A DNA stretch of 64,000 nt from Basidiobolus meristosporus CBS 931.73 (lineage: Eukaryota; Fungi; Basidiobolomycota): the NCBI GenBank assembly GCA_002104905.1, contig MCFE01000404.1, positions 1 to 64,000 on the forward strand. The letters run 5' to 3'. The translations under genes were made by a program, and so were the position numbers. The stretch's first letter is position 1, and every line of letters begins with the position of its first letter. The notes beneath the pieces were generated by a model. The model worked only from the letters and a program-made list of their open reading frames with translations. It did not search any database and was not told where the DNA came from. Shown piece after piece: positions 12,720 to 22,704 of the stretch.

Positions 12720-13998
12720 TAAATACCAAGAAGCTCTTTGAGGATATTCAGGAGGTATCCATGGCAAAAATGGTGGCAACCAAGTATATGTTTATAAGAT
12801 GTGTGTGTTACCAGTAATACAAGGTATATGGCAACTCTGCAAGTTTTACAGTAAAATGTTGTAAGAGTCTTGGAGATATTGGAAGTGATTGGGAGAACAA
12901 GTAGATTATGTGGTTTTCACTTAATGATTTATTGAATGTAAAAGTAGTATTTATACTTTTACATGGTCTTGGCATTACAAACACGTAGAATAGGTTAAGG
13001 AAGGTCCCAAGAACATGTGTGCAAAGTTTGGGGCTGTTTGGACAACTTTGAGAATTTTCATGTTCTGGGTACCTGGTATTTTGGTGAAAATATTCTAAGT
13101 AAATCCCGACAAGGAATTTGGTCAGTATTCTCTAGGATTTGAAGGTGATGATCTAAGTGACTAAGTTAGGTGAATATTTAGGTGGAATTACGAATTTTTA
13201 CAACATAAAAAGCCATGGAGTTGAGGTGATAGAAGTATGTCAATTGCCACAGGTGCACATGTATGTAGAGGTTAGTCAGCAGGAGGCAATAGTCTTTCTG
13301 ATCTGAACTATAGGTGGAATACCCAATGTAGTAAAGGAGCAATTCTTCAGTGGAATATATGAATGGTGCAATGGGAGGTAGAAAAAGGAAATACCATTGG
13401 ATCAATTGGTACAGTAGCATTATTTAGAACTAGCTGTAGGCTGCTGTTCTGCCATTACAATGCCAGAAAAGGTCTGCAACAAGGCTTTCAGAACACTATC
13501 AGGTTTCTTGTCATATAAGGTAATAGGATATATTGGCCAGTTAGGTCTGCTCATACAAACATAGAGCACATTAAGACCATCAGAATGCCATGCAGTTCTT
13601 GTCAACAGACTGCTCACACACCATCACGTTTTAGCCTTGTTTGGCAGTAAATTTAGTAACACCATCACAATCATGTCATAAGATTGTGTAGAGGGTAAAT
13701 AATTCTAAGCTGCCAGCATTACGATGGCCTCATTGCAAGATCCTGGCAGTTGATCTGGATTGGATCCACCTGCAGGACCAAATATTTTTTCATAGGGTAT
13801 AGCTTTGCAATATTTGTTTGACTGCACAATCCACTTTAGACAGGGTTTCACAGGGATATATCCAAATGTGTATAATGTTTTCCCTCCATAGTAGTGAGTC
13901 CCTGACAGGTTAGACACCTTGCAATGGTGGCATTCTCTGTTGTGAATACCATGCAACTATTAGCATATGCTGGTATCAAGACTGTCTTGGGATGATAT
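12720..13998 (-). pseudogene. Third CACTA transposase relic (downstream part), interrupted by a solo LTR and by the copia element
   Basis: The reverse complement aligns at DNA level with about 9860-10050 (ANSCMVFT..NATIARC vs NSCMAFT..NATIA; AAACCCTGTCTAAAG vs ATACCCTGTCTAAAG). It contains SDGLNVL...NWPI and LPP..P...TEELLL motifs. Confidence 0.6.
12857..13205 (-). mobile_element. Solo LTR (349 bp) of the copia family, 5-bp TSD TAAAA
   Basis: Termini TGTTGTAA...TTACAACA. TAAAA at 12852-12856 and 13206-13210. Near-identical to the LTR at 15841-16189. Confidence 0.92.
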
Positions 13999-15067
13999 TG
14001 TTGTAAGAGTCTTGGAGATATTGCAAGTGATTTGGAGAACAAGTAGATTAGACTTGTTCCGTTGGATAGTGCCACATTGAGCCATGAGTGCCAAATGATG
14101 CCATAGTGTGCCAGAGAGGTCAAGTGAGCCTATACTTGGCCACAGAGTGTGAAACATAGCTCTGCATCTTCATGTAAAACAGCCCCTGTGTTTCACCCAT
14201 TGCGCAGGAGAAAATCCACTTTTTGACCTTTTTTTGTGGATCATTGTAGCTCAGGATGTGTAAGAGCACAGGAGAACTGAAGATATGCATCTGGTACTCA
14301 ATACCCATGGCACTCTGAATCTAGCTCCTGTAGCTTGTATCATGTTACAAAAATGAATGGCACTATCTTGGTCCACTGGTACTATCTGGCACTATATTTA
14401 AATATTAGCCCTAAAGTAAGATCTATACAAAGCACTTATAGTGCCAGATAGTACCAGTGGACCAAGATAGTGCCATTCATTTTTGTGACATGATACAAGC
14501 TACAGGAGCTAGATTCAGAGTGCCATAGGTATTGAGTACCAGATGCATATCATCAATCTGCTTGTGCTCTAACACATCCTGCACAACATTGATCCCAAAA
14601 AAAAGGTCAAAAAATGGAATTCCTCCAACACAATGGGTGAAACACAGGGGCTACTTTGCATGAAGATGCAGAGCTATGTTTCACACTCTGTGGCCAGGTA
14701 GAGGCTCACTTGGTCTCTCTGGCATACTATGGCATCATTTGGCACTCATGGCTCAATGTGGCACTATCCAACGGAACAAGTCTATTATGTGGTTTTCACT
14801 TAATGATTTATTGAATGTAAAAGTAGTATATATACTTTTACCTGATCTTGGCATTACAAGCATGTAGAATAGGTTAAGGAAGGTCCCAAGAACATGTGTG
14901 CAAAGTTTGGGGCTGTTTGGACAACTTTGAGAATTTTCATGTTCTGGGTAAATATTCTAAGTAAATCCGAACAAGGAATTTGGTCAGTATTCTCTAGGAT
15001 TTGAAGGTAATGATCTAAGTGACTAAGTTAGGTGAATATTTAGGTGGAAATACAAATTTTTACAACA
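13999..15067 (-). repeat. 3' LTR of the copia element, split by a foldback insertion (13999-14049 plus 14784-15067)
   Basis: Removing 14050-14783 and one ATT restores AAGTAGATTATGTGG as in the other LTR copies. It also carries a deletion of about 20 bp relative to them. Confidence 0.9.
14050..14783. mobile_element. 734-bp non-autonomous foldback/MITE-like element: two ~347-bp inverted arms and a 40-bp spacer, apparent 3-bp TSD ATT
   Basis: Starts AGACTTGTTCCGTTGGATAGTGCC and ends GGCACTATCCAACGGAACAAGTCT. Arms 14050-14396 and 14437-14783 are reverse complements with scattered mismatches. ATT at 14047-14049 and 14784-14786. Confidence 0.88.
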
Positions 15068-15076
15068 CTCCCACTC
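15068..15076 (-). promoter_or_regulatory. Polypurine tract GAGTGGGAG
   Basis: Lies directly before the 3' LTR and just after the pol stop at 15079. Confidence 0.75.
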
Positions 15077-15078
15077 AG

Positions 15079-18000
15079 CTAAATGTTCATACTGACTAGT
15101 TGTAATTTTGACCTAGGATATTCAAAGTTGTCTCTAGCTAATGGTTTGGTAAATATGTCTGCAATCATTTTATCTGTAGGACAGTAAACTAGGCTAACTA
15201 AGTTATTCTCTATAGCTTCACATATGAAGTGATGTCTAATATCTATGTGCTTGGTTCTAGCATGAAAAGTTGGATTTCTACCTAATTGTATACATCCTTG
15301 ATTATCTTGAAATAAAGTAATAGGCGTTTTTTGACATAGGCCTATATCTGTTAAGAGTTTTCTTAACCACATTGCTTCTTTTGTAGCTTCACAGGCTGCC
15401 ATATACTCTGCCTCTGTAGTAGAAAGTGCTACGGTTGGTTGCTTTCTTGAATTCCATGAAATTGCTCCTTTACAGTAAAGAAAGGTATATCCTGTGGTGG
15501 ATCTTCTATATTCCAAATTTCGTCCCCAATCAGCATCAGAGTATCCCACAAGGTCCTGTTCTGAATCCTTATAAGTGTATCTTAAGCAGATATCAGCAGT
15601 TCCTTTTAGGTATCTAAAAATCTGCTTAACTGCTGCAATATGATCAGATCCATAGTTCTGATTATGTTGGCTGACAACTCCCACTGAATATGAGATATCT
15701 GGACGTGTTCCAAGCATGATATACATCAGACTGCCAACCATAGATTGATAAGAAAAGTCAGGGCTTTCAGATGGCACCAAGCTCTCTTGATTTGGTTGAG
15801 TTTTGACCAAGTCAAGGTTTGTCTCCATTGGGGTAGCTGCTGTTGTAAGAGTCTTGGAGATATTGGAAGTGACTGGGAGAACAAGTAGATTATGTGGTTT
15901 TCACTTAATGATTTATTGAATGTAAAAGTAGTATTTATACTTTTACATGGTCTTGGCATTACAAACACGTAGAATAGGTTAAGGAAGGTCCCAAGAACAT
16001 GTGTGCAAAGTTTGGGGCTGTTTGGACAACTTTGAGAATTTTCATGTTCTGGGTACCTGGTATTTTGGTGAAAATATTCTAAGTAAATCCCAACAAGGAA
16101 TTTGGTCAGTATTCTCTAGGATTTGAAGGTGATGATCTAAGTGACTAAGTTAGGTGAATATTTAGGTGGAATTACAAATTTTTACAACAGCTGCCGGTTT
16201 ACAGTCTTCCATTTTGTACTTCTTTAGTATATCTTGAATATACTTGGATTGGCTTAGGGTAATAGTCTGGGTACTTCTGTCTATGGAGAACTTAATCCCT
16301 AAGTAGTAACTGAGTTCTCCTAGATTGGACATCTTGAACTCCTTAGATAGGCTGGATTTAGTCTCTTCCAATGTTTCTAGGTTATTGGTGGCTATAATAA
16401 GATCATCCACATATAGGGCTAATAGAACTGGATTTGCTCTATCTGGCTTATAGTATATACTATAGTCAGCATTACCTCTTTTGAAACTCAAAGATTCCAA
16501 ATAAGAATCTATCTTGCAATTCCAGGCTCTTGGTGATTGTTTGAGACCATATAGTGACTTTTTAAGCTTGCAGACCAAATGGGGGTTATCTTGGTCAACA
16601 AACCCATCAGGCTGGTCCATATACATGTCCTCATCAAGTTCTCCATTCAAAAATGCAGTTTTTACATCCAATTGATGAATAAAAAACTTATATTTGGCTG
16701 CAATAGCCAATATTAATCTGATAGAATTAAACTTGGCTACCAGTGCAAAGGTCTCAGTACAGTCAAGTCCTTTTGTGTGAGAGTATCCTTTGGCTACAAG
16801 TCTTGCTTTGTATCTTTCAATTGTACCATCAGCCTTGTATTTTGTCTTGAAGACCCATCTGCATCCAATTGATTTTCGGTTGATTGGTAATTTGACTAAG
16901 TCCCAAGTTTGATTTTCCATCAGTGCCTGATATTCCTCAGTCATTGCAGATCTCCAAAACTTCATCTGAGGGCTATTTAGGGCCTCTTTTACAGTCTGGG
17001 GTTCATCAATACGGACTGAATAGGCATAGGCTAAGTTTGTACCCTCATTGATATAGTAATATGGGCTATTTCTTGTCCAATTTGATCTCCAGACATTTGA
17101 TACTGGAATGATCACTTCTGGGATATTCCTGGGCACTGATTCTGGCTGAACCACAGTTGTAGAGTCCTCTGGAGTGAAAAAATTTTCATTGTTTTGCTCT
17201 GATTCAATCCTGACAATTGGTGGACTTGAGATCAAATTTTTGTCATCATGTGATGTCATTTTTGGTGAAAATTTTGAATTTTCATCAAACAACACATCCC
17301 TGGACTTGATAAGCTTCTTTGCTTTGGTATTGTAAAGTCTGTATGCCTTACTCTCATTGCAGTAGCCCAAAAATATGCATTTTACACTTTTTGGCTCAAA
17401 TTTTGACTGATTTCCGGCCAGTTTTTTGGCATATGCTGTACACCCAAATATTCTTAGATGTTCTGCGCTTGGTCTGTATCCATACCATGCTTCAAATGGA
17501 GTAGAATCACAAAGTATTCTGTTATAACTCCTATTTTTAAGATATACAGCAGTGGCAACTGATTCCGCCCAAAAATCATAGGATAGTTTTTGATCATGGA
17601 TCATAGATCTTGCCATATCAATTGTTGATCTGTTAGCTTGTTCTGCTGCTCCATTTTGCTGTGGGGAGTATGGTACAGTAGTCTCTTGCATTATCCCATG
17701 AATTTTGCAGAAGTGGATGAAGAGTTTTGAGGTATATTCTCCACCATTGTCAGAGCATATTTTCTTGATTTTTTCACCAGTTTCTCTCTCCATCATGGCT
17801 TTAAACTCCCTGAGCTTAGACAGAGCTCCTTCCTTTCTCTCCATGAAGTAGATCTGTGTGTATCTTGTATAATCATCAATAAAAGTGATTAAATACTTCA
17901 TCCCACCTAAGGATAAATTTGCATAGGTCCACACAGATCTGAGTGAATTAGATCTAATTTTTCTTAGTTTTGATTAACCCAGAGCTCTTGAACGGTTGTC

Positions 18001-19401
18001 TGGCTTGTTTCCTATATATGCAGGCTTTGCCAGTGCTCCAAATTAGCTGGGGGATCAGTTTTCACTCCAGAAATTAGCTGATCTTTGATCATTTTACGCA
18101 AATAATCAAAATTGATGTGTCCAAATATCCTGTGCCAAAGCATTGGTGTTTCTTCATTTAAGTTACCTATATTGGCCTCCAAATATGCTGGAATGTAAGT
18201 CAACTTGTATAGATTCTGATCTCTGATGCCCAAAGCAATATGGGCACCATTTTGATCAGTGATCCTGCATCCAGAATTGTCAAACTGAAACTGAGTCCTT
18301 CTGCTGTGGCCTTGCTTACAGAGAGTAGGTTCTTGGCTATTTCTGGTACATAGAGTACTTCTTTAAAGGTCAGTGTATGGCTTCCTTCACTGCTTCTTAG
18401 GCTTACTTGGATAGTTCCTTCTCCCACTGCATCAAGTGTTCTATTGTCACCCATGAAAACCTTCTTAATTGGAATTTCTTGATATTGGGTAAAAAGTTCT
18501 TTTTGGTGTGTAAAGTGTTGAGAAGCTCCAGAGTCAATATACCACGTCTGAGAATCCTTGTTTGTGGTCATATTTAGTGCAGATATGAATAGTCTATCTT
18601 CAGTTGTTGCAGCATTTCCATATTCAGGCTTCTTTTGCTGATTATCTTTCTTTTTGAGACACCGGTCTGATGTGTGTCCTTTCCTTTTGCAGTAGTTACA
18701 AAACAGGTTGTTGTTGCCTTTGTAGGGTCTTGGGTACCTCCTTTGTTGGTTATCATTGCTTATTAAAGCATTTTCTTCTTCCTTCTTATTGGCGCTTGAT
18801 TTTCTTAATTCTTCATCCAGGAGCCTTCCATATACGTAATTTAAGGTCAAATCTTCAGTTCTGGACTCTAGGGCTGATACAAGGCCCTGAAGCTTGTTTG
18901 TCAGGCTATTCAGGATGGTAACTATCACATCCTCATCAGTAGTTGGTACACCCACAGATTCCATCTCATCTACCAGCAAGGTAATTCTGTTGATTAGATT
19001 TTTCATTTCTTCTCCTGGCAGCATCTTTGTAGTAAAGAATTTTTGTCTCAGATACATTTTCTTGGCAGCTGAACATGACTGGTAGGTGTCTTCTAATGCC
19101 TTCCAGGCATTCTTTGCCGTTTTGCTCTTGAGCATTGAATTAGCAATTTGTCCTTGACATTAAGGCATATGCAGTTAAAGGCACTTAGTTCTTTCTTCTG
19201 GTACTTTAAGGCTTCCTCTCCCACGTTTTTAGGAGGGCATTCTTCTCCCATGACAATATTCCAAAGGCCTCTTTCTTGTAGCAGCATCTTCATCTTCACC
19301 TTCCACACTTGGTAGTTAGATCCATCCAACTTTTCAGCAGAGGGAAAAATTCCAGTAATAGCAGTAGTAGACATTGCAGAGAGTGACAGCTTGGGGCTCA
19401 T
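15079..19401 (-). pseudogene. Copia gag-pol polyprotein, broken by five 1-nt indels and a solo-LTR insertion
   Basis: Motifs: gag KLDGSNYQVWKVKM, zinc knuckle CNYCKRKGHTSDRC, protease WYIDSGASQH, LWHRIFGH, integrase FIDDYTR/SDNGGEY/QNGAAE, RT YKARLVAKG/LYGLKQSPRAW/LYVDDL, RNase H YSDADW/EAEY/DNQG/ADIFTK. Confidence 0.93.
15841..16189 (-). mobile_element. Solo LTR of the same copia family nested inside the RT coding region, 5-bp TSD GCTGC
   Basis: GCTGC at 15836-15840 and 16190-16194. Removing the LTR and one TSD restores in-frame ...MEDCKPAATPMETN, the usual copia CKP..TPME motif. Confidence 0.93.
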
Positions 19402-19405
19402 AACC
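19394..19405 (-). promoter_or_regulatory. Primer-binding site GGTTATGAGCCC (initiator-tRNA-Met half-molecule type, as in Ty5 and Drosophila copia)
   Basis: Abuts the 5' LTR with no spacer and contains the gag ATG. The sequence matches the Ty5/copia PBS as I recall it. Confidence 0.75.
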
Positions 19406-19755
19406 TGTTGTAAGAGTCTTGGAGATATTGGAAGTGATTCGGAGAACAAGTAGATTATGTGGTTTTCACTTAATGATTTATAGAATGTAAAAGTAGTATT
19501 TATACTTTTACCTGATCTTGGCATTACAAACACGTAGAATAGACTAAGGAAGGTCCCAAGAACATGTGTGCAAAGTTTGGGGCTGCTTTGGACAACTTAT
19601 CAAATTTTCATGTTCTGGGTACCTGGTATTTTGGTGAAAATATTCCAAGTAAATCCCAACAAGGAATTTGGTCAGTATTCTCTAGGATTTGAAGGTGATG
19701 ATCTAAGTGACTAAGTTAGGCAAATATTTTGGTGGAAATACAAATTTTTACAACA
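19406..19755 (-). repeat. 5' LTR of the copia element (350 bp)
   Basis: TG...CA termini with the inverted ends TGTTGTAA/TTACAACA. Immediately followed on the minus strand by the PBS. Confidence 0.93.
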
Positions 19756-20200
19756 GATATATGGCTAGCTGCATCACAGCTGTCCATTTTTCCCATGTAC
19801 ATGGAAAGTTGCATCCTGGAACAATTTTTGCAACAAGTGGTCATAAATCCTTAGAGCTTCCATTACCAGTATAGGTGGAACCATGCCATTTGTCTAGCCA
19901 ATATAATCATATCACTTATTAGTGAATTGATTATCTCATCACACATTGGGATTTTAATGGTTGCATGCAGGGTACTGATGTGGGGGGAGATAGGCTCACA
20001 ATTTATCAGTGAGTCTATGTACAGGCCATATTCAGAAGGCTGCAGTGAGCTAGAAGTAGTTGCAAGCTTACCCAATTCAGTTTGTGAAAGGTAGAAAGTG
20101 TGCCTAGGTACCATTATAGACATCTGTGGGGGAGACCAACCCATGCAGCATTGAAGCACCCCTGTGAAAAATCTTCAAACTTGGAATTCATCTAATCTTT
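19756..20200 (-). pseudogene. Third CACTA transposase relic (upstream part, right of the copia insertion)
   Basis: The reverse complement of 19756-19816, GGATGCAACTTTCCATGTACATG...GCAGCTAGCC, matches plus-strand GGATGCAACTTACCATGTACATG...GCAGCTGGC at about 9803-9855. It joins 13998 seamlessly once the element and one TSD copy are removed. Confidence 0.55.
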
Positions 20201-21933
20201 GACTGGTATTGTGCTGGTACTCTAATGATATTTGGCTGGTGATCAACAGGTATTTTCTGTGCAAATTATGAGTTGCAATTTTTGATGGAAGTGGTGAGCA
20301 GCTAATCACCAAGTTTGATATGGATGCTAATTGGCCTAGTCTCCTCTGTGGAGAATATGTCTGCTTGTCTGCCCAACAGCTAGTACCTGATATACTGAGA
20401 GTTGTCAGTTTTGAGAAACTTAGAATTCAGCTGATGTGATGATGGTGTTCTGCTGGCTGTTTCTTAATATTTTTCTTAGGGAGCCTTGATCTACTTCAGT
20501 CCAGTATATCAGCATCAGCATCCTGGATGCTAGTTTCCATTCTCTTCAGATGTGGCATTTGACAATAGGCCTACACAGGGTTAGGATGCCAAAATAGATT
20601 TGCAAGCAGTATGACAAGCATGCACATACATGTATCAGAACACCTGGGGTTCAACTTACAAGTTGTGGAATAGACTGAAGAGCATTATCATGGTTGGGGG
20701 CCATTTGGTTGACAAGGAAGAATTCCTGTATCTCCACTACCCTGTGTGGCCCAAGCAACCACCAGCTAGTTCTCCTGCCACCTGGGCGAGCGCTCAGCAA
20801 GGTTGGATCAAATGGATCCTTGTAACACCCCAGCCATGCAGCCACCAGCCATGACACAGGATAACGCCAACCCTGAATGCACGTAGCCCATGATACACCT
20901 TGATGTTTGGCAGTCTTGAGTAGTTGAGGTGACCGTGATGGGGGCTTATTCTGAGACCAATGATTTGAAAGGATTGCTGCTGGTGGATGGATCAAACGAA
21001 GGTGAGGGATTTCGAGTTGGGACGGAACGACCTTTGGATAGTCGGAGGGTTACGTTGCTACGGTGAGACCTGGTGAGATGCAAACAATGTCTGAGGGGTG
21101 TCTGGGCCACTTGCGGAGTCCCTGTCGCCTCAAGGAGCCCACAATCCTGGCGCAACCCTCGCCAGTTAAGAGAGTCACGCCAAGCCCACTTGCCAAATCC
21201 CAAACCAAAATCGAGGATGACCCAAGGAATCATGGCCATCATTGGCAGTCGCCCCCCATGGGTTGCACTTCGCCGCTCACTCCAAGGCTTAAGCCGCAGA
21301 CGTGCCCACCCACTTGCAGATTCGTGATCCGGAAGCCGCGCACGGGATCACGCCATATTGGGTATGACTGCAGTTGGCGAGAACCGTGCCAGGGTTGGAT
21401 GTTTTGGGGGAGGGAAGAGAGACCTTCGAAATGCAACCTTTCTCTCCATCTTCGTCAGCACTTCCACGGTTTGGATGGCTCACCCAATGAGTCGCCGGTC
21501 ATCCCATCGCATCACGATTTGAGTTGGATTAGGGGGAGAGGAACCGGCTTGGAACCATCCGCAGCGGTTCGGGTGGGCATCATCACCCCGATCGCCGAGT
21601 GCACACATTAGGGTTAGCATCAGCATCAACTGGACACCAAGCTGCACAGGCAAGTAAGGCCATCCCCACGACCATTTTCCACTTTGCAGAGGTTTGCAAG
21701 CAGCAATCGGCAGTGGACCGACCCACCACCCAACAGGACGAAAGTGAGCAGAGCAGCCAATCATCGGGGTAAGAGGGGAATTTCGCCCAAGTGCATCTTG
21801 GGTGAGATCTTTTTTCCAAAACGGGGCCACGCTAAATGGGGTTTTAGTTGACCATGACGGAGGATATTTTCCGATGGGTTTCATCTAATGCACGTCGCTT
21901 TTCCATTTGGAGATGACCAAGGGTAGAACGAGA

Positions 21934-21968
21934 GGGAGTGGGAGTGGGAGTGGGAGTGGGAGTGGGGG
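21934..21968 (+). repeat. (GGGAGT)n hexamer microsatellite with six G-runs
   Basis: Read directly from the sequence. Confidence 0.85.
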
Positions 21969-22704
21969 AATGCGAATGGTGGATGGTGAAGCCAGTTTGG
22001 ATTAAGGTGATCGGTCGAGTGATAATGAAGCACCAAGAGCGGACCAATCATTTGGGTGGGACCTAATTTCGCGACTGGCCTATTTTGTCATCATTCTCGG
22101 CCGGTTAGATCAGGTTGGGGAGAATGTTGGTGTGCGGTGGGAAGGTCGAGAAATGGGAATTTGGCACCGTGTCAGTTCGTATCCCAGGGAATGCCAATTC
22201 AGTGCGCCTCTCTTCGAGTCCGTGACAGGGTCTCACCGTGATCTCTCCAACCTTACGTCTGGGGTGGGTCATATTACTTTGTGCGACGTGGTCGGGTTTA
22301 AAGTGTTGCTGCTTCGGTGACATGGATGGACTGGGGGGTCACACATGGCAACTCTCCGCTGTGGATCCGTCATGTCTGTGTTCGCGTACACATGTATACA
22401 TACATACATATATACGTAGTGACCGATGCTAAATCTCTTTGCCGAGTCAACATCCTTGTCCATGAGCTAGGGTTAGGGATAGGGTTGACCTCGCTAAACC
22501 GACAAGTGCGTAACACCTGTTTAAGGCTGAACCGGTTTGCGCTTAGGAACCAGCCGAAACCATCAGAAACTTCGATGAACAACCTTGAGAATCCCTCAAC
22601 TCTCGATCACCCAGTGTGTCAACCCACCCAACGCTATCAAGTTAATAGAAACGACGACAACCGGCCACGAATAGAGATGGGGATTAGGGCCGAGTTGTAA
22701 GACC

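Larger units (their letters stand above)
13999..19755 (-). mobile_element. Ty1/copia LTR retrotransposon, 5-bp TSD GATAT, disrupted by two nested insertions
   Basis: LTRs at 19406-19755 and 13999-15067 (interrupted). GATAT at 13994-13998 and 19756-19760. PBS and PPT present. Domain order gag-PR-IN-RT-RH is diagnostic of Ty1/copia. Confidence 0.95.

Noticed and set aside
13200-13998. Possible Ty3/gypsy integrase remnant (LPSTQSYDMIVMV resembles LP...GYD.ILVVVD)
   Set aside because: The segment aligns at DNA level with the CACTA transposase at about 9.8-10.3 kb, so it is a CACTA relic.
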